Positions 26,999 through 37,895 of a stretch of DNA of 64,000 bases are shown piece by piece. Below the pieces are notes generated by a model. It was given only the letters and a program-made list of their open reading frames with translations, was not told the DNA's origin and made no database searches. The position numbers and the translations under genes are program-made. Within the stretch, counting starts at the first letter, position 1; every line of letters begins with the position of its first letter. The stretch spans positions 6,887-70,886 of IMG/VR virus record IMGVR_UViG_3300030106_005551. One strand, written 5' to 3'. The stretch comes from a virus. Lineage: Duplodnaviria > Caudoviricetes.

Positions 26999-28194
26999 TA
27001 TGCCATTCCGTTAGATTTCCACTTTTTAATATTTTTCTTTACTACTTTTACAATATTATCATCAGTCATATCCATTTTAAATTGATCTGTAGCGTGATCA
27101 TATATACCCGAGCCTTTCATTGCTCTAAACGGCAACGCGCCTCCGCCCGCGTAGATATTGCCATCTTTATCCACAGGCATAGGATTTCCTTTATGTGTCT
27201 CAGGCCCAGGAGTTATCTTTCCTGCTGACATTGCATTTCTTATTCTGTTTGCTGCTGATTTATTATTACCAGTAGCTATATCATTTTCTAATGCTTCTTG
27301 ATCATTAACAATTAATTCGTTTCCTGTAAATTCTGCGACAATATCCGCACCCATCTTCATTCCTTGTTCAGCATATGCTCTAGCATTGTAATTGCCCCCA
27401 TATTGGTTGTCATATCTAGACGCTCTATCCTGATACATTTGAGCCATTAAATTAGACTCCATCTCTTTTCTATTTTCTTCTACCTGTTCTGCTCTTTGAT
27501 CATATATATCTTGTTGTTGACTTGTAACTTCAGCTATAGCTTGCTTTTTTCTTTTTTGAGCCGCTTTTTTACCTTTTCTTGAAAACATTCCTCCTAAAAG
27601 TAAAGCGCCTAAAGCAAGACCTGGATGCATTCCTAATATACTTGCGCCTGCCGCTCCCGTTCCACCAGCAGCTGTTAATGGGCCTATAAACCCAGCTGGA
27701 GCTGCCGCTGTAGTTAACCCAAGCATTGGAGCTAAAGCCCTTCCTGCTAACAATGTGCTTCCTATAGTTCCTAAACTTTCTGTTCTTGTCCAGTCGTAAG
27801 GATTTTGATTTCTTGTCATTCCATATACCATAGCGGCTGGACCCAGACTACCCAACGTTCCTTTAGCGCCTAAACTTTTTCCTGCTTTAGATAAATATGG
27901 AGATATTGATTCTGCTAAGCCTGCATATTGTAACCCCTGTGTACCCCTAAGCATTAAGTCTTCAGTTTTACTAAGACCCGTATCTTGTGCTTGCATTATA
28001 GGATTTATTATACTTCTATCCTCACCTGTGTATATATTTCTTGATGACTTTGGTGTATAAGCTCCAGATGAATAAGGGTTAATAGGAGCGTAATCCATTT
28101 TTACATTAGATAAATTGTTGCCAATATTAGCAAAATTAGTGTTTAATAAATCTCCGTATAATTTTGTAGCACCTATAATATCTGAATACGCCAT
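26998..28194 (-). CDS. Gly/Ala-rich putative ejection (cargo) protein
   Basis: Hydrophobic GA-rich helices; AEFTGNE and GPETHKG segments resemble crAss-like cargo motifs. Confidence 0.6.
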   Translation of the reverse strand: MAYSDIIGATKLYGDLLNTNFANIGNNLSNVKMDYAPINPYSSGAYTPKSSRNIYTGEDRSIINPIMQAQDTGLSKTEDLMLRGTQGLQYAGLAESISPYLSKAGKSLGAKGTLGSLGPAAMVYGMTRNQNPYDWTRTESLGTIGSTLLAGRALAPMLGLTTAAAPAGFIGPLTAAGGTGAAGASILGMHPGLALGALLLGGMFSRKGKKAAQKRKKQAIAEVTSQQQDIYDQRAEQVEENRKEMESNLMAQMYQDRASRYDNQYGGNYNARAYAEQGMKMGADIVAEFTGNELIVNDQEALENDIATGNNKSAANRIRNAMSAGKITPGPETHKGNPMPVDKDGNIYAGGGALPFRAMKGSGIYDHATDQFKMDMTDDNIVKVVKKNIKKWKSNGMA

Positions 28195-28203
28195 AATTTA
28201 TTT

Positions 28204-31200
28204 TTAGTATGTTTTTCTATACTTTGCAAGTATTGCAAAGATATTAAATTTTTCTGTGGTTTTTGCACTATATTTTATTTTTGCATATGTACCTCTTGTT
28301 CTACGTGTACTTTTAGCTGTTCTAATAGGGGCCTTTAACACTCCGTCAATATATTTATCGGCTTGCAAACCTATTATTTCTATCCACTCCACGTGATACT
28401 CTTCAGAGCCATTACTTAAATCAATTCGTATCCTTTCTATAATACTTTCGTCCCATTTACTTGTACCTGCCATATCCCACTCAGCAATTACATAATCACT
28501 ATCTATACCTGTAGGAACATTTATTATTGATTGTCTTGACGGGCTTTCTCCAAGTCCAACAAAACTTCCTTTTTCTTTTTCTAAATATTCATAGCCTACC
28601 CAGCGCAACCTTCCAAGCCAATCACTAGTATTAGTCACCCTTTTAACTTTCATTCTTATTTTGTTATTATACTTACCATGTATATTTATTTCTAAACCTT
28701 TTCCTGGGCTTCTAAATTTATTACCTGCTTGTGTTACTAATTCTATACCATTAGTAGTTATTGGCGGGGCTATAGTTGCAGTTCCATCGTAGAACCACCA
28801 ACCATGTATTGCTTTAGTAAAATCCCATCTTCTATTAATAACTAATTGTTCTGTTTCGTCTAACAAATTACTTCTATAATTACCATCTTGATCTGGCAAA
28901 ATTGTTGTTGTCTTTATAGTATCGTGAGAAATATCAGTGGTGTAGTCAATAAAACTATAGTCTACATGTTTAGGGGTCATAACTACTTGCACATTATCAA
29001 AAACTTTACTTCTTGCTGCTTCAGAGTTTATAACTTTTACTATATAACTTTCGTCTGGCATTTCTATTGTTCCAGCAATTGCAATCTTTAAACCTGTAAT
29101 TGCATTTCCGTTATTGTCTAACTCTACCTGTCCAGACACAGAAGAAGTTATAGTACTAATTGTATAAAGATCATCTTTTTTGCCAAAAAAATGTGTCTTT
29201 TTATTGTCTTTATGTTTATCCCAAATCCATAAACTTAATGGATTGCATCTTCTTTTCCTATTAGCAACTGACGTTCCAAGAGCTGTGTTATTGTCAGAGG
29301 CCCCGTAATCATAGTATGGTATATTATAGTAATTTCCTTGTAGCCCGTCAATACGACTAAAGTTTGTTATAGCGTTAACACTTATTTCGTTTTCTGGACA
29401 TAGCATAAAAGAACCCTGACCTCCTGCAAGCCATTGTGGAGGAGCAACACTATACTTAGAAATAAACGCATTTACAGCCTCACTATACACTAATGTTTCT
29501 GATGTTCCTACTGGCTCTCCACTTCTAGTGCTTCCCATCAGGTGATTGTCTGATTTTCTAGAAAACTGTTGTCTATGATGATCTTTACTTTCCCAAGTAG
29601 AGTTATGAAATGTAACTAATAATTCTTTATTTTTATAATCATATATAGAGGTTATTCCTAAAAATCTTAAAGGATTGTCTGACAAATAATTTCTGTTGTC
29701 TGTAGGTTTTTCTAAACTATCTAACATTCCGTAATTTGTACCATGCACAACAGGTCCTGCTGCATGCACTCCACCCGCAGCACCTCCAGTCCCTGAAGTT
29801 GAAGTACACTCTCTGTATGCTCTTTGCTCCCACTCTTTTATTATGTATTTTAAATAATTTCTTTGTCCTAACGCATCGCCAAGAGATATTAATTTTTCTG
29901 TATCATATTTAAATAATCTACCAAAATTGCTATCAACAAAATAAAGAGACTTTTCACTCATAGCTACACTAAATCTATGTCTAGACCCGTATTTTGTTGA
30001 TATGTATATATGATTCTCTACAGTTTCTCCAGTACCAGTAAATAATGATGTACCAGCATCATCACTTAACATAGATAATGGATTTACAAGAAGTTTAGCA
30101 AAAGCGCTATCTTGCAATACATATATCTCATTTTTAAAGTTTACAATTCTATTTATTTCACCATAAAGACCTTCCATATCGTGAAATTGATTTATAGGAA
30201 ATTGTCTAAAAGCATCTGATTTTTGTCCTAATATTTTTGTATTAGAATATGCTATTTCATAAGGAAGGTTCAAGCTTTTTTGAAAAGTTTTTTCATCTAC
30301 CATTAATCCAGACTTCAAACTATTTTCTTGAGAATAAACGTTGTTATATAGCCAATCATTACTATATGGAGCTTGATTCATATCTTTACCTATTACAGTA
30401 TCTCCAGCATTTAAGGTTAATCCACTACGCATATCAGTATTTACATAAGATTCTACAGGGAATAATTGCCATCTTGAAGCAGAGTGCTTCATATATGGGC
30501 TAGATGTTTTCTGATGAGTATATAAATTAACAAAAGTATCTCCTCCGAACACTTGTGATACGTGACCTTGTGCTGTATTATTAGGATTAGAATCTCCTAC
30601 TGGATGAAAATTACCACAAGGTATATATCTTGTTTTTTCTATTGACCCCTTGCTATATCCACCATATGCAACTACATTTCTTACTATAGAGCACAAATAT
30701 TTAAAAGGAACTAAATCTTTAGATCCAGAATAGTGTATTTTTAAATCGCCTCCGCTATCATGGTTGTCAGTTGAAATAACATTATTGTCCCAATAACGCG
30801 TTAACCACCCTGAATTAAAAGGGTAGGAAACATAACCATTGTATGGAGTATTATTTCCGCCTGACGGATATTGATTCCCATCACTCTCTATTCCGCCCCA
30901 AAAACCATGCTCATATAATGCGGACCAGTTTTGTGGTGAAAACCAGGCATCATATTTTCTATTAGAAGCAGTCATATTATTATAATTAGCAGCAAAATCA
31001 GTGGCGTCATCAGCCGACCCATTTTTTCTTACAACATGCACCCTATTATCTATTTCAATTAAAATACTTCTTAACCCCATTTGCATTGTTGAAACTGTAT
31101 CATAATTATAATCCTCTTGCTCAAGATTAGTTTGCTCTCCATCTGCTGCTGTTTTCCCTTTTAAAAAAACTTGATCTGCGGCAACAGCATCAAAAACCCT

Positions 31201-34200
31201 AAAAACTTGACCTGAGTCTTCGTGTTTTCCTTCGTTGCAAACTCCTAATGTATTGTTAGAAAAACCTGAAATTTCACCACGATCTACCCTTCGGTTGTGT
31301 TTAAAAAATCCACTAGGAACTATTTCTCCATCAGACAATTCTTTTGAATTTGCTATAGGTAGTTGCCATCCGTATTCACTATTTGGTCTCCAGCCCGCAT
31401 TACCACCACCACCGCCTATAAACTTTCCGCCATCTATTTCCATCCCTATACCGATGTAAGGATCGTAAGAGCAAAATTTTCCTATAAGAGCTCTGTAATA
31501 TCTGTCTATAGTTTTGCTAGTGCAAAATTGTAATGCTTGGTACAGCGATTTATTAGTACCATATGGTTGCCAGAGCTCAACGTGACTATTTTCTGACCAA
31601 TCCACAGGCTCACTACCAGAATAAGTTTTTACCTCTGTATTACAATTAGAGTAAAATGAAAAAGGATTTCCCGTTGAGCGATCATTAAATCTACCCTCAT
31701 CTGTTAACTTTAAACAATCGTCTATTCTTAACATATCACCTTCTCTGTAAACATAAGGTCTAATACCAAAAGCACTATCTGGCGCGTCTAATGTAAACAC
31801 ACTTCCGCTACACTCATATCTTGGTGTATAGCCATATCTTACGGAGGGAGTATTGTTAGATGTTGCTCCAACCCTACCTATATCATACTCTCCTGTCCCC
31901 CCAAAACCTACATTCCTTGTTGCATAAGAGGTTGTCTTGTCATAACTTCCAAAATATCCACAATGTCTCTTGTGGAGTCCGTATGTTCCTGGGCCCCCAA
32001 AAGAATAGCCAGCGTTGTCCCCTCGGCCCCTAGCATGCCCTGATCCATTTGAAACATTAGCGACATATTGCCATTTTTTCATATCCTCTCTTTCTGGCCA
32101 ATAGAAAACTTTACCAGCAGAATTTCCTCCCGTTGTTACTTCTCCATCTGATGTGCTATCTTCGTGAAAGGCCATAAAAGAGTGTTCTGCCAATCCTAAA
32201 TAACCATTTAAATAAGTATTGTATTCTGGTTGTTCTGGAAGGGTTGGATCAACACCACCAGTTGGATCATTATATTGATTTACAAAAACTGGGTCTCCGT
32301 CAAAAGCCTCGTTGTCTTTTTGGCAAAATCTTGCCGCTCCATAACCATATTTTTGACCTAACTTTGCGCTTCCATATTGTACTGTTTGATTTAACAAGCC
32401 CTGATGCACAACTCTTTTATCCTCTTCTGTTCTTTGAGCCCTAACAACTCTAAATCCAGATATTTTTTTACAAACACTATCAGGTATTATAAATTCAAAT
32501 GAAACATAAAGGTCAAACAAATAATAAATATCATCGTGATTGGTTATATCCGCTCCTCCCCTACTTTCTAGGTATGCAGGAACGGCTCTTACCTGCCCGC
32601 CTGCATGCGAGTAATCAGTTCCAGTTGTTCCAGGAAGGTCGTCTCTTTGCGCTCCATCACTTTTAATATATGCGTTTAAATTTTGTCCTACTCCCGTAGT
32701 AGTTGTTCTTTGCGTAAACCACTCTACATCTACTGGAGGAACTGTATGTCCATATGCAAATGCCAATCTAAAATCTTTTATAAATTTATGAGCAACTATA
32801 CAATCAGTATCTGTCCCGCTACTATTGTCTAAAGCATTCCAACTAGAACCACCCCCGTCTGTTGTTGGTCTAAAAGGGGTGTAATCTAATCCATTTGTAG
32901 AATTTTCATTTTTAATGTCTATCATTCTGTTTACATCATATTGATGTGGAGTTTCAATATCTCCTATCCACAAAACATTACCAGGAGCTCCATTTAAATC
33001 ATATATCTGAACGCCAAATCTATATACATCTCCCCTTTGATAGCCTCTAAGATTTCCAGCTAAATGAGGATCTTTTGAGCCTCCCAAAGACATAGATGTT
33101 CTAAATTTTGTCTCTCCTGATGCTCCGTCAAAAACACTATCACTTTCTACATCGGCAAATTCTGTTTGTACTTCATCTGATAAGTTTGTAGAAGACACAA
33201 AAGGAGAAGACCAGGCATTTTTAGACTGATCTCCTATTTTTTCTTGAACTCCAAAAGATACACGGCAGCCTCCTAGTCCATTTGTAGCGTAATTAAAACT
33301 TTCTGCCCCCACAGTCATTTTGTCTGATAAATATTTATATAAAAAATGTGTTTGATACCAAGTTTTTGCAGCAGCCCCATATCCCGCTCTTTGATTTGAA
33401 AGAGCAGTTGTCCACATTGGAATGTTTTTTGTGTCGTTATAATTAATAAAATCATACGTATTAGACGCTTCGTACATGCTATTGGGAACCCCTAACAATT
33501 GGCCATGACCCACTTTATAGCCAAACTCATCTTGTACAGAATAATCATATGCAATATCATTTATAGAAACGGGATCTCCGTTACTATCTAACTGATAATG
33601 CTTTACTTCTATATCGTTAGTTGTTAGCATTGCGTCTAAACGATTTGCTGCGCTATTAGCAAGTCTATATCTTAAAACTTTTACGTTCCACTCTTGTTCT
33701 GATATAAAGTTTCTTTTTTGCCTTAAGTTAGCAGCAAATAAAATATTATCTTTAATTGCAATATCTTTACAGACATCAAATGTATTGCTTTCTATTAATA
33801 TTTCTTCTAAACCATTTTCTACTTCGTTGTTCCAGTTTGTATGTTGAAAATTGCTTGAAAGACCACTTATTTGATTCCTAGCTACAACAGCAACTCTTGG
33901 AGGGGCGTTGTTATCTTCGTAAAATAAAGCGTATAGCTCTACATAAGCAAAATTTTGATCTATATCTTTTACGTCTATCTGAAATCCTTGTGTTCCTATA
34001 TTTCCTTTTGGACCACCCGCATATAAGGTTGAATTTCCAAAAGCTTGATCAGAAACATGATACATATTACTTAATGGCGCAAATGTTGATTCTCCTCCAT
34101 TTTCAGATATATATTTATAAGTATACTGATAAACCCCTACTGGCAAAGATCCAGATAAAGTACTTGCAAGTGTAGCTTGTGACGGATTCATAAGGGGGGT

Positions 34201-34941
34201 AATATCTAAAGAGTTTTGATTTATTAAATCTAACCTATCTTGTTTTATATTTAGCGTTCTTAATGGATTTTTATTATCTGTCCAATAAACTCTAGAAATA
34301 ACATCATTTTCTACTATATGCTCCATTCTTATTGGAGTGTCTAAATCCATATTTAAATTAGGATATTGTGCCTGCGCAGGATTTCCTTGATTGTAACAAA
34401 CTCTTAAATCTGAAACTTTTTTTACTTTAAATTCATGATCAAAGTCTACTAATAAAAAAATAGTTCTATCTATTTCTGTATTTTCTATAGAACTTCCGTC
34501 TGTTGAAGATATTGGATTTTGATTATTTCTATCCCACTCAAATCTTCCCACTATAACAAGCAATAATTGATTGGCATATGAAACATGACCTACAATAGAG
34601 CACCTGTTAGACAGCTCTTGATTGTTTGATATACTTATATTATCAGGACCTCTATCATAAAAAGTTTTATAATCTGCATATGTAGTACCGCCCCCCTCGC
34701 CTTCATTTACACTTATAGGAAATGATGCCAAATTAACAAACAAACTGTTTCCTTCTATGTTTTCTACAGTAAATGTATCTCCTTCTGAATTTGTAAGTCT
34801 AATATTTTGTGCGTCAGCATAACTTCCACTTAGTTGAAAATGTGGATCCAAATCGCTAACCATTCCATGCGTGAAACTTTCTGGTTTTGATACACCTTTT
34901 TGTTGTTGAGCACCTTGTTGTCCTCTATTCTTTTTTGCCAT
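28204..34941 (-). CDS. Tail stabilisation/muzzle-like protein, 2245 aa
   Basis: N-terminal SFTHGMVSDLD..YADAQNIRL; YQYTYKY, DIAIKDNILFAANL, YQRGDVYRFG, FGGDTFV, ETLVYSE; C-terminal RTRGTYAKIKY. These resemble the crAss-like tail stabilisation protein. Confidence 0.75.
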   Translation of the reverse strand: MAKKNRGQQGAQQQKGVSKPESFTHGMVSDLDPHFQLSGSYADAQNIRLTNSEGDTFTVENIEGNSLFVNLASFPISVNEGEGGGTTYADYKTFYDRGPDNISISNNQELSNRCSIVGHVSYANQLLLVIVGRFEWDRNNQNPISSTDGSSIENTEIDRTIFLLVDFDHEFKVKKVSDLRVCYNQGNPAQAQYPNLNMDLDTPIRMEHIVENDVISRVYWTDNKNPLRTLNIKQDRLDLINQNSLDITPLMNPSQATLASTLSGSLPVGVYQYTYKYISENGGESTFAPLSNMYHVSDQAFGNSTLYAGGPKGNIGTQGFQIDVKDIDQNFAYVELYALFYEDNNAPPRVAVVARNQISGLSSNFQHTNWNNEVENGLEEILIESNTFDVCKDIAIKDNILFAANLRQKRNFISEQEWNVKVLRYRLANSAANRLDAMLTTNDIEVKHYQLDSNGDPVSINDIAYDYSVQDEFGYKVGHGQLLGVPNSMYEASNTYDFINYNDTKNIPMWTTALSNQRAGYGAAAKTWYQTHFLYKYLSDKMTVGAESFNYATNGLGGCRVSFGVQEKIGDQSKNAWSSPFVSSTNLSDEVQTEFADVESDSVFDGASGETKFRTSMSLGGSKDPHLAGNLRGYQRGDVYRFGVQIYDLNGAPGNVLWIGDIETPHQYDVNRMIDIKNENSTNGLDYTPFRPTTDGGGSSWNALDNSSGTDTDCIVAHKFIKDFRLAFAYGHTVPPVDVEWFTQRTTTTGVGQNLNAYIKSDGAQRDDLPGTTGTDYSHAGGQVRAVPAYLESRGGADITNHDDIYYLFDLYVSFEFIIPDSVCKKISGFRVVRAQRTEEDKRVVHQGLLNQTVQYGSAKLGQKYGYGAARFCQKDNEAFDGDPVFVNQYNDPTGGVDPTLPEQPEYNTYLNGYLGLAEHSFMAFHEDSTSDGEVTTGGNSAGKVFYWPEREDMKKWQYVANVSNGSGHARGRGDNAGYSFGGPGTYGLHKRHCGYFGSYDKTTSYATRNVGFGGTGEYDIGRVGATSNNTPSVRYGYTPRYECSGSVFTLDAPDSAFGIRPYVYREGDMLRIDDCLKLTDEGRFNDRSTGNPFSFYSNCNTEVKTYSGSEPVDWSENSHVELWQPYGTNKSLYQALQFCTSKTIDRYYRALIGKFCSYDPYIGIGMEIDGGKFIGGGGGNAGWRPNSEYGWQLPIANSKELSDGEIVPSGFFKHNRRVDRGEISGFSNNTLGVCNEGKHEDSGQVFRVFDAVAADQVFLKGKTAADGEQTNLEQEDYNYDTVSTMQMGLRSILIEIDNRVHVVRKNGSADDATDFAANYNNMTASNRKYDAWFSPQNWSALYEHGFWGGIESDGNQYPSGGNNTPYNGYVSYPFNSGWLTRYWDNNVISTDNHDSGGDLKIHYSGSKDLVPFKYLCSIVRNVVAYGGYSKGSIEKTRYIPCGNFHPVGDSNPNNTAQGHVSQVFGGDTFVNLYTHQKTSSPYMKHSASRWQLFPVESYVNTDMRSGLTLNAGDTVIGKDMNQAPYSNDWLYNNVYSQENSLKSGLMVDEKTFQKSLNLPYEIAYSNTKILGQKSDAFRQFPINQFHDMEGLYGEINRIVNFKNEIYVLQDSAFAKLLVNPLSMLSDDAGTSLFTGTGETVENHIYISTKYGSRHRFSVAMSEKSLYFVDSNFGRLFKYDTEKLISLGDALGQRNYLKYIIKEWEQRAYRECTSTSGTGGAAGGVHAAGPVVHGTNYGMLDSLEKPTDNRNYLSDNPLRFLGITSIYDYKNKELLVTFHNSTWESKDHHRQQFSRKSDNHLMGSTRSGEPVGTSETLVYSEAVNAFISKYSVAPPQWLAGGQGSFMLCPENEISVNAITNFSRIDGLQGNYYNIPYYDYGASDNNTALGTSVANRKRRCNPLSLWIWDKHKDNKKTHFFGKKDDLYTISTITSSVSGQVELDNNGNAITGLKIAIAGTIEMPDESYIVKVINSEAARSKVFDNVQVVMTPKHVDYSFIDYTTDISHDTIKTTTILPDQDGNYRSNLLDETEQLVINRRWDFTKAIHGWWFYDGTATIAPPITTNGIELVTQAGNKFRSPGKGLEINIHGKYNNKIRMKVKRVTNTSDWLGRLRWVGYEYLEKEKGSFVGLGESPSRQSIINVPTGIDSDYVIAEWDMAGTSKWDESIIERIRIDLSNGSEEYHVEWIEIIGLQADKYIDGVLKAPIRTAKSTRRTRGTYAKIKYSAKTTEKFNIFAILAKYRKTY

Positions 34942-34942
34942 C

Positions 34943-36061
34943 TTAGAAATCTATTAAACTACTTCTATCATTTGAAATAGGAACTAATGTATTCCACATA
35001 TTACCTATTTGTTTTAACTCTTCTGATGTAGGCATACTATCATCCCCTCTAGCCTTACCACATAAAAAATACCACCTTTTTTCTAAATCTTTTGTTATGT
35101 ATTGCGGCAATTTTCCATTATAAAATTCTATTAATTTCATTTGCCACATTATATACTGGGCAACCGCAGTTTCGTGACCCTCTTTTATCATAGGCCAACC
35201 TCTAACATCTGTAGGGTAGGTTAAATAAACAATAGTTATTTCATCTACATTATCATGTGTTATATTTAATCTATTGCCTTCTAAATAATATCTAAAAGAT
35301 CTTTGCTGTGAATCATCATTAAGTTTTCCTACTCTTTGTCTGTGCACCGCAGATGTTTTTTTAATTACAGCGTGCTCATAGTCAGAATCATCTGTCCCAA
35401 CTCTTACCCCTAATAATTTTATATTATTTTCTGGTAATATTATTTGCTGATTTCTATATATACCCTTTCCTCCTGTTAAAGACAGTCCGCTTACCTTTGC
35501 ATTTGCATTATCTGATGCTAAAGAATAGTCATTACCATCTGGGCCTATTTCTTTTGCTGTAATAGTTAATGTTCCCGCTGTAGTATCTACAGTATAATCA
35601 GCTATATTTATTGCTTCAGGATAATGCAGTGCAGCAGAATTTTCTATTATTGGCCCAGTCATAGGACTTACACCAGTTCCTGTAAAACCTTTTAAACTTT
35701 CTAACAATCCATACGGAGAGGTTGTTGTGTCAGTTAAAGTTAGGGCTAGAGTGCTATCTATTTTTAGCTCGTTTGGTGACTTTGCCTCACCCCAATTTGT
35801 TGTATCTTTAAAAAATAACTCTACACCATTTAGGGTGATAGAATCTCCTGATGTTGGGTTTGCTGCAAACGTTATAGTTCCAGAAGCTTTAGCGCCTGTT
35901 GAATTATATGTTGTTTCTTTTTGAACAAAAGTATCTCTACTTCCAATAAGTTTTTCCGCCTCATAAGTCCACTCAATCCAACTATTGGTATGCCTAGTAA
36001 AATCTTCTAGTCCTAAATTTCTGGATACAGTTGTAAATACTCTATCTATGTTTACATGCAT
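34943..36061 (-). CDS. Tail ring/adaptor protein with inserted beta-sandwich domain
   Basis: IEWTYEAEKLIG N-terminus and WYFLCGKARG C-terminus resemble crAss-like ring proteins; insert at about residues 54-198. Confidence 0.65.
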   Translation of the reverse strand: MHVNIDRVFTTVSRNLGLEDFTRHTNSWIEWTYEAEKLIGSRDTFVQKETTYNSTGAKASGTITFAANPTSGDSITLNGVELFFKDTTNWGEAKSPNELKIDSTLALTLTDTTTSPYGLLESLKGFTGTGVSPMTGPIIENSAALHYPEAINIADYTVDTTAGTLTITAKEIGPDGNDYSLASDNANAKVSGLSLTGGKGIYRNQQIILPENNIKLLGVRVGTDDSDYEHAVIKKTSAVHRQRVGKLNDDSQQRSFRYYLEGNRLNITHDNVDEITIVYLTYPTDVRGWPMIKEGHETAVAQYIMWQMKLIEFYNGKLPQYITKDLEKRWYFLCGKARGDDSMPTSEELKQIGNMWNTLVPISNDRSSLIDF

Positions 36062-36071
36062 AATTTATAAT

Positions 36072-36536
36072 TTATACAGAAGCAATAAATACTTCTAATT
36101 GATGATTGGCAACCCCTTTTACTTTTAAAGCTGTAGCGTTATCTAATGTAGACCCGCCATTACCTCCTTCGCACGTAGTTCCTGTATACATAATACTACT
36201 ATTTGCAGCTACAGATGTGTAAGCCGCATCAGAAGCTTCATCATCTAAACCAACTTGTAAAGCATCTGTACCGTCTAAATTAGTTACTCTTATATACCTA
36301 ACGTCAGCCCTAACAAAAGCTCCATCAGCAGTTGTTGTTCCAAAAGTAGCAACTTTAGTTAAATTGGTATTTGCAAGCTTTATAATTCTTTTAGAGGAAT
36401 TAATAATACTACCAAAAGTATGTGTATATGTTTGAGCAAAATCTAAATTATCTGTTGATCCAGTATCGTGCCCTACAGCTAAAGCCTCTGTAATTGTCAC
36501 TGTCAGCGTTGCCGCATTTAAATCAGTATCTGCCAT
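36072..36536 (-). CDS. Putative structural protein, 154 aa
   Basis: Thr/Ala-rich beta protein with VRYIRVTNLD; sits in the tail module. Confidence 0.55.
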   Translation of the reverse strand: MADTDLNAATLTVTITEALAVGHDTGSTDNLDFAQTYTHTFGSIINSSKRIIKLANTNLTKVATFGTTTADGAFVRADVRYIRVTNLDGTDALQVGLDDEASDAAYTSVAANSSIMYTGTTCEGGNGGSTLDNATALKVKGVANHQLEVFIASV

Positions 36537-36541
36537 TTTTT

Positions 36542-36934
36542 TTAATCTTTATTTATTAATTTTTTTGAATACCCTAAAGGCATTATTTTACAATTTCTAT
36601 ATTTTGTTGGTCTTACCCAAACCAATTTTTTATAATAATCATCTAAAATAGGAACCTTATAAAAAACTGTTTCTCCCTTTTCTTTTGTAGCTTCATTATC
36701 AACCCTTATATGAAACGCTCTTTTATGAGGTTTTTCATCTAAATATACATACCCCATTTGGTTTGGCAAATATACTTGATGATCTCTTTCTGTTACATCT
36801 CTTATAAGTATTTCAAAAAACCTTTTTATTATACTATAATATAATTTATAGTCAATATTTTTATATAGCATTGTTTTTACATGCTTATATATTTTTCTTA
36901 TTGGTGTATACTTATCTTTGTACTTGTGCCCCAC
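36542..36934 (-). CDS. IHF/HU-like DNA-binding protein
   Basis: Basic; helix YYSIIKRFFEILIRDV then VYLPNQMGYVYL; crAss-like tail modules carry an IHF-like gene here. Confidence 0.65.
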   Translation of the reverse strand: MGHKYKDKYTPIRKIYKHVKTMLYKNIDYKLYYSIIKRFFEILIRDVTERDHQVYLPNQMGYVYLDEKPHKRAFHIRVDNEATKEKGETVFYKVPILDDYYKKLVWVRPTKYRNCKIMPLGYSKKLINKD

Positions 36935-37766
36935 TTGCTTTTAATCTTAAATTATCATCTAGCCCGTCTACCACTACATCCTTGTTAGTTTTTAACTCTG
37001 TTTGCACTTCAACCTGAATAATTCTTTGCACCAAGTCACTTACAAACTCTAACGGTATAGGGTAAGGAGATTTATCATCTTGAAACTCTTGTATAGCGGA
37101 AATTATGCTTGTCTCTGTAGGGTTTTGTAATATAGCGCGAAATCTAGGCTTATAACTATATCTAATATCCATCGCCACTGGAGTTTGTAAATCACCTCTG
37201 TTAATTGGACCGTCCATTAATCCATGTACTTTAATTTCGCTTTTTGGATAAGAAGACATTATATAATAAGGCTTGTCATTACTTGTAAATTTATTAAAAT
37301 CTCCAAATTGCCGTTCTGATAATGATTTTCTATAAATAGCAATTTCATTTCCTGTATCAGAATAAGACATGTTAACCATATCACGAACCCTTCTATTTAC
37401 TGAAAGGTTTTTAATACCCCCATCATTAGGCAGGGTTAAAATAGAAGGGGTTTCAATTTTTAAAAAGCCCTGATTTCTCCAGCTCCCCCTCATTTGTTTT
37501 TTTGCAGAACTTATACCAAAAGCATTAATAGCAAAATAGTTATCACTACTAGTATAAGCTATAGGATAAAAATCGCCTAATATAAATTCTTGATAAATAT
37601 TTTTAGCATTTAAAATGCCTTTATTGATATTATCAGCTATTAATTTTGCTCTATGATAATGAATCCAATGTTTTATTTGTGCAGTACTGATATTATTTTC
37701 TGCACTATTCTGACCCCCATAAGCTAAATTCTTAATATTATATGCTATTTCGTTTAATGTAATCAT
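36912..37766 (-). CDS. crAss-like ring/structural protein
   Basis: MITLNEIAYNI..QIKHWIHYHRAKLI N-terminus; NPTE..YPIP C-terminus. Confidence 0.65.
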   Translation of the reverse strand: MITLNEIAYNIKNLAYGGQNSAENNISTAQIKHWIHYHRAKLIADNINKGILNAKNIYQEFILGDFYPIAYTSSDNYFAINAFGISSAKKQMRGSWRNQGFLKIETPSILTLPNDGGIKNLSVNRRVRDMVNMSYSDTGNEIAIYRKSLSERQFGDFNKFTSNDKPYYIMSSYPKSEIKVHGLMDGPINRGDLQTPVAMDIRYSYKPRFRAILQNPTETSIISAIQEFQDDKSPYPIPLEFVSDLVQRIIQVEVQTELKTNKDVVVDGLDDNLRLKASGAQVQR

Positions 37767-37787
37767 TAGGCATAAATTAGGTTGTTA

Positions 37788-37819
37788 CAAAATTAATTAA
37801 TTTTTCTTTATAAAACAAA
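37788..37819 (-). promoter_or_regulatory. Full Bacteroidota promoter TTTG-N20-TAATTTTG
   Basis: -33 TTTG at 37816-37819 and -7 box at 37788-37795 with a 20-nt spacer, upstream of the ATG at 37766. Confidence 0.7.
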
Positions 37820-37895
37820 AATAGGCCTTAACTATTTCTAGTCTTAACCTATTCTTGCAGCAGGGAGCAAAAGAACTCTCTTTAAATATCATTTA

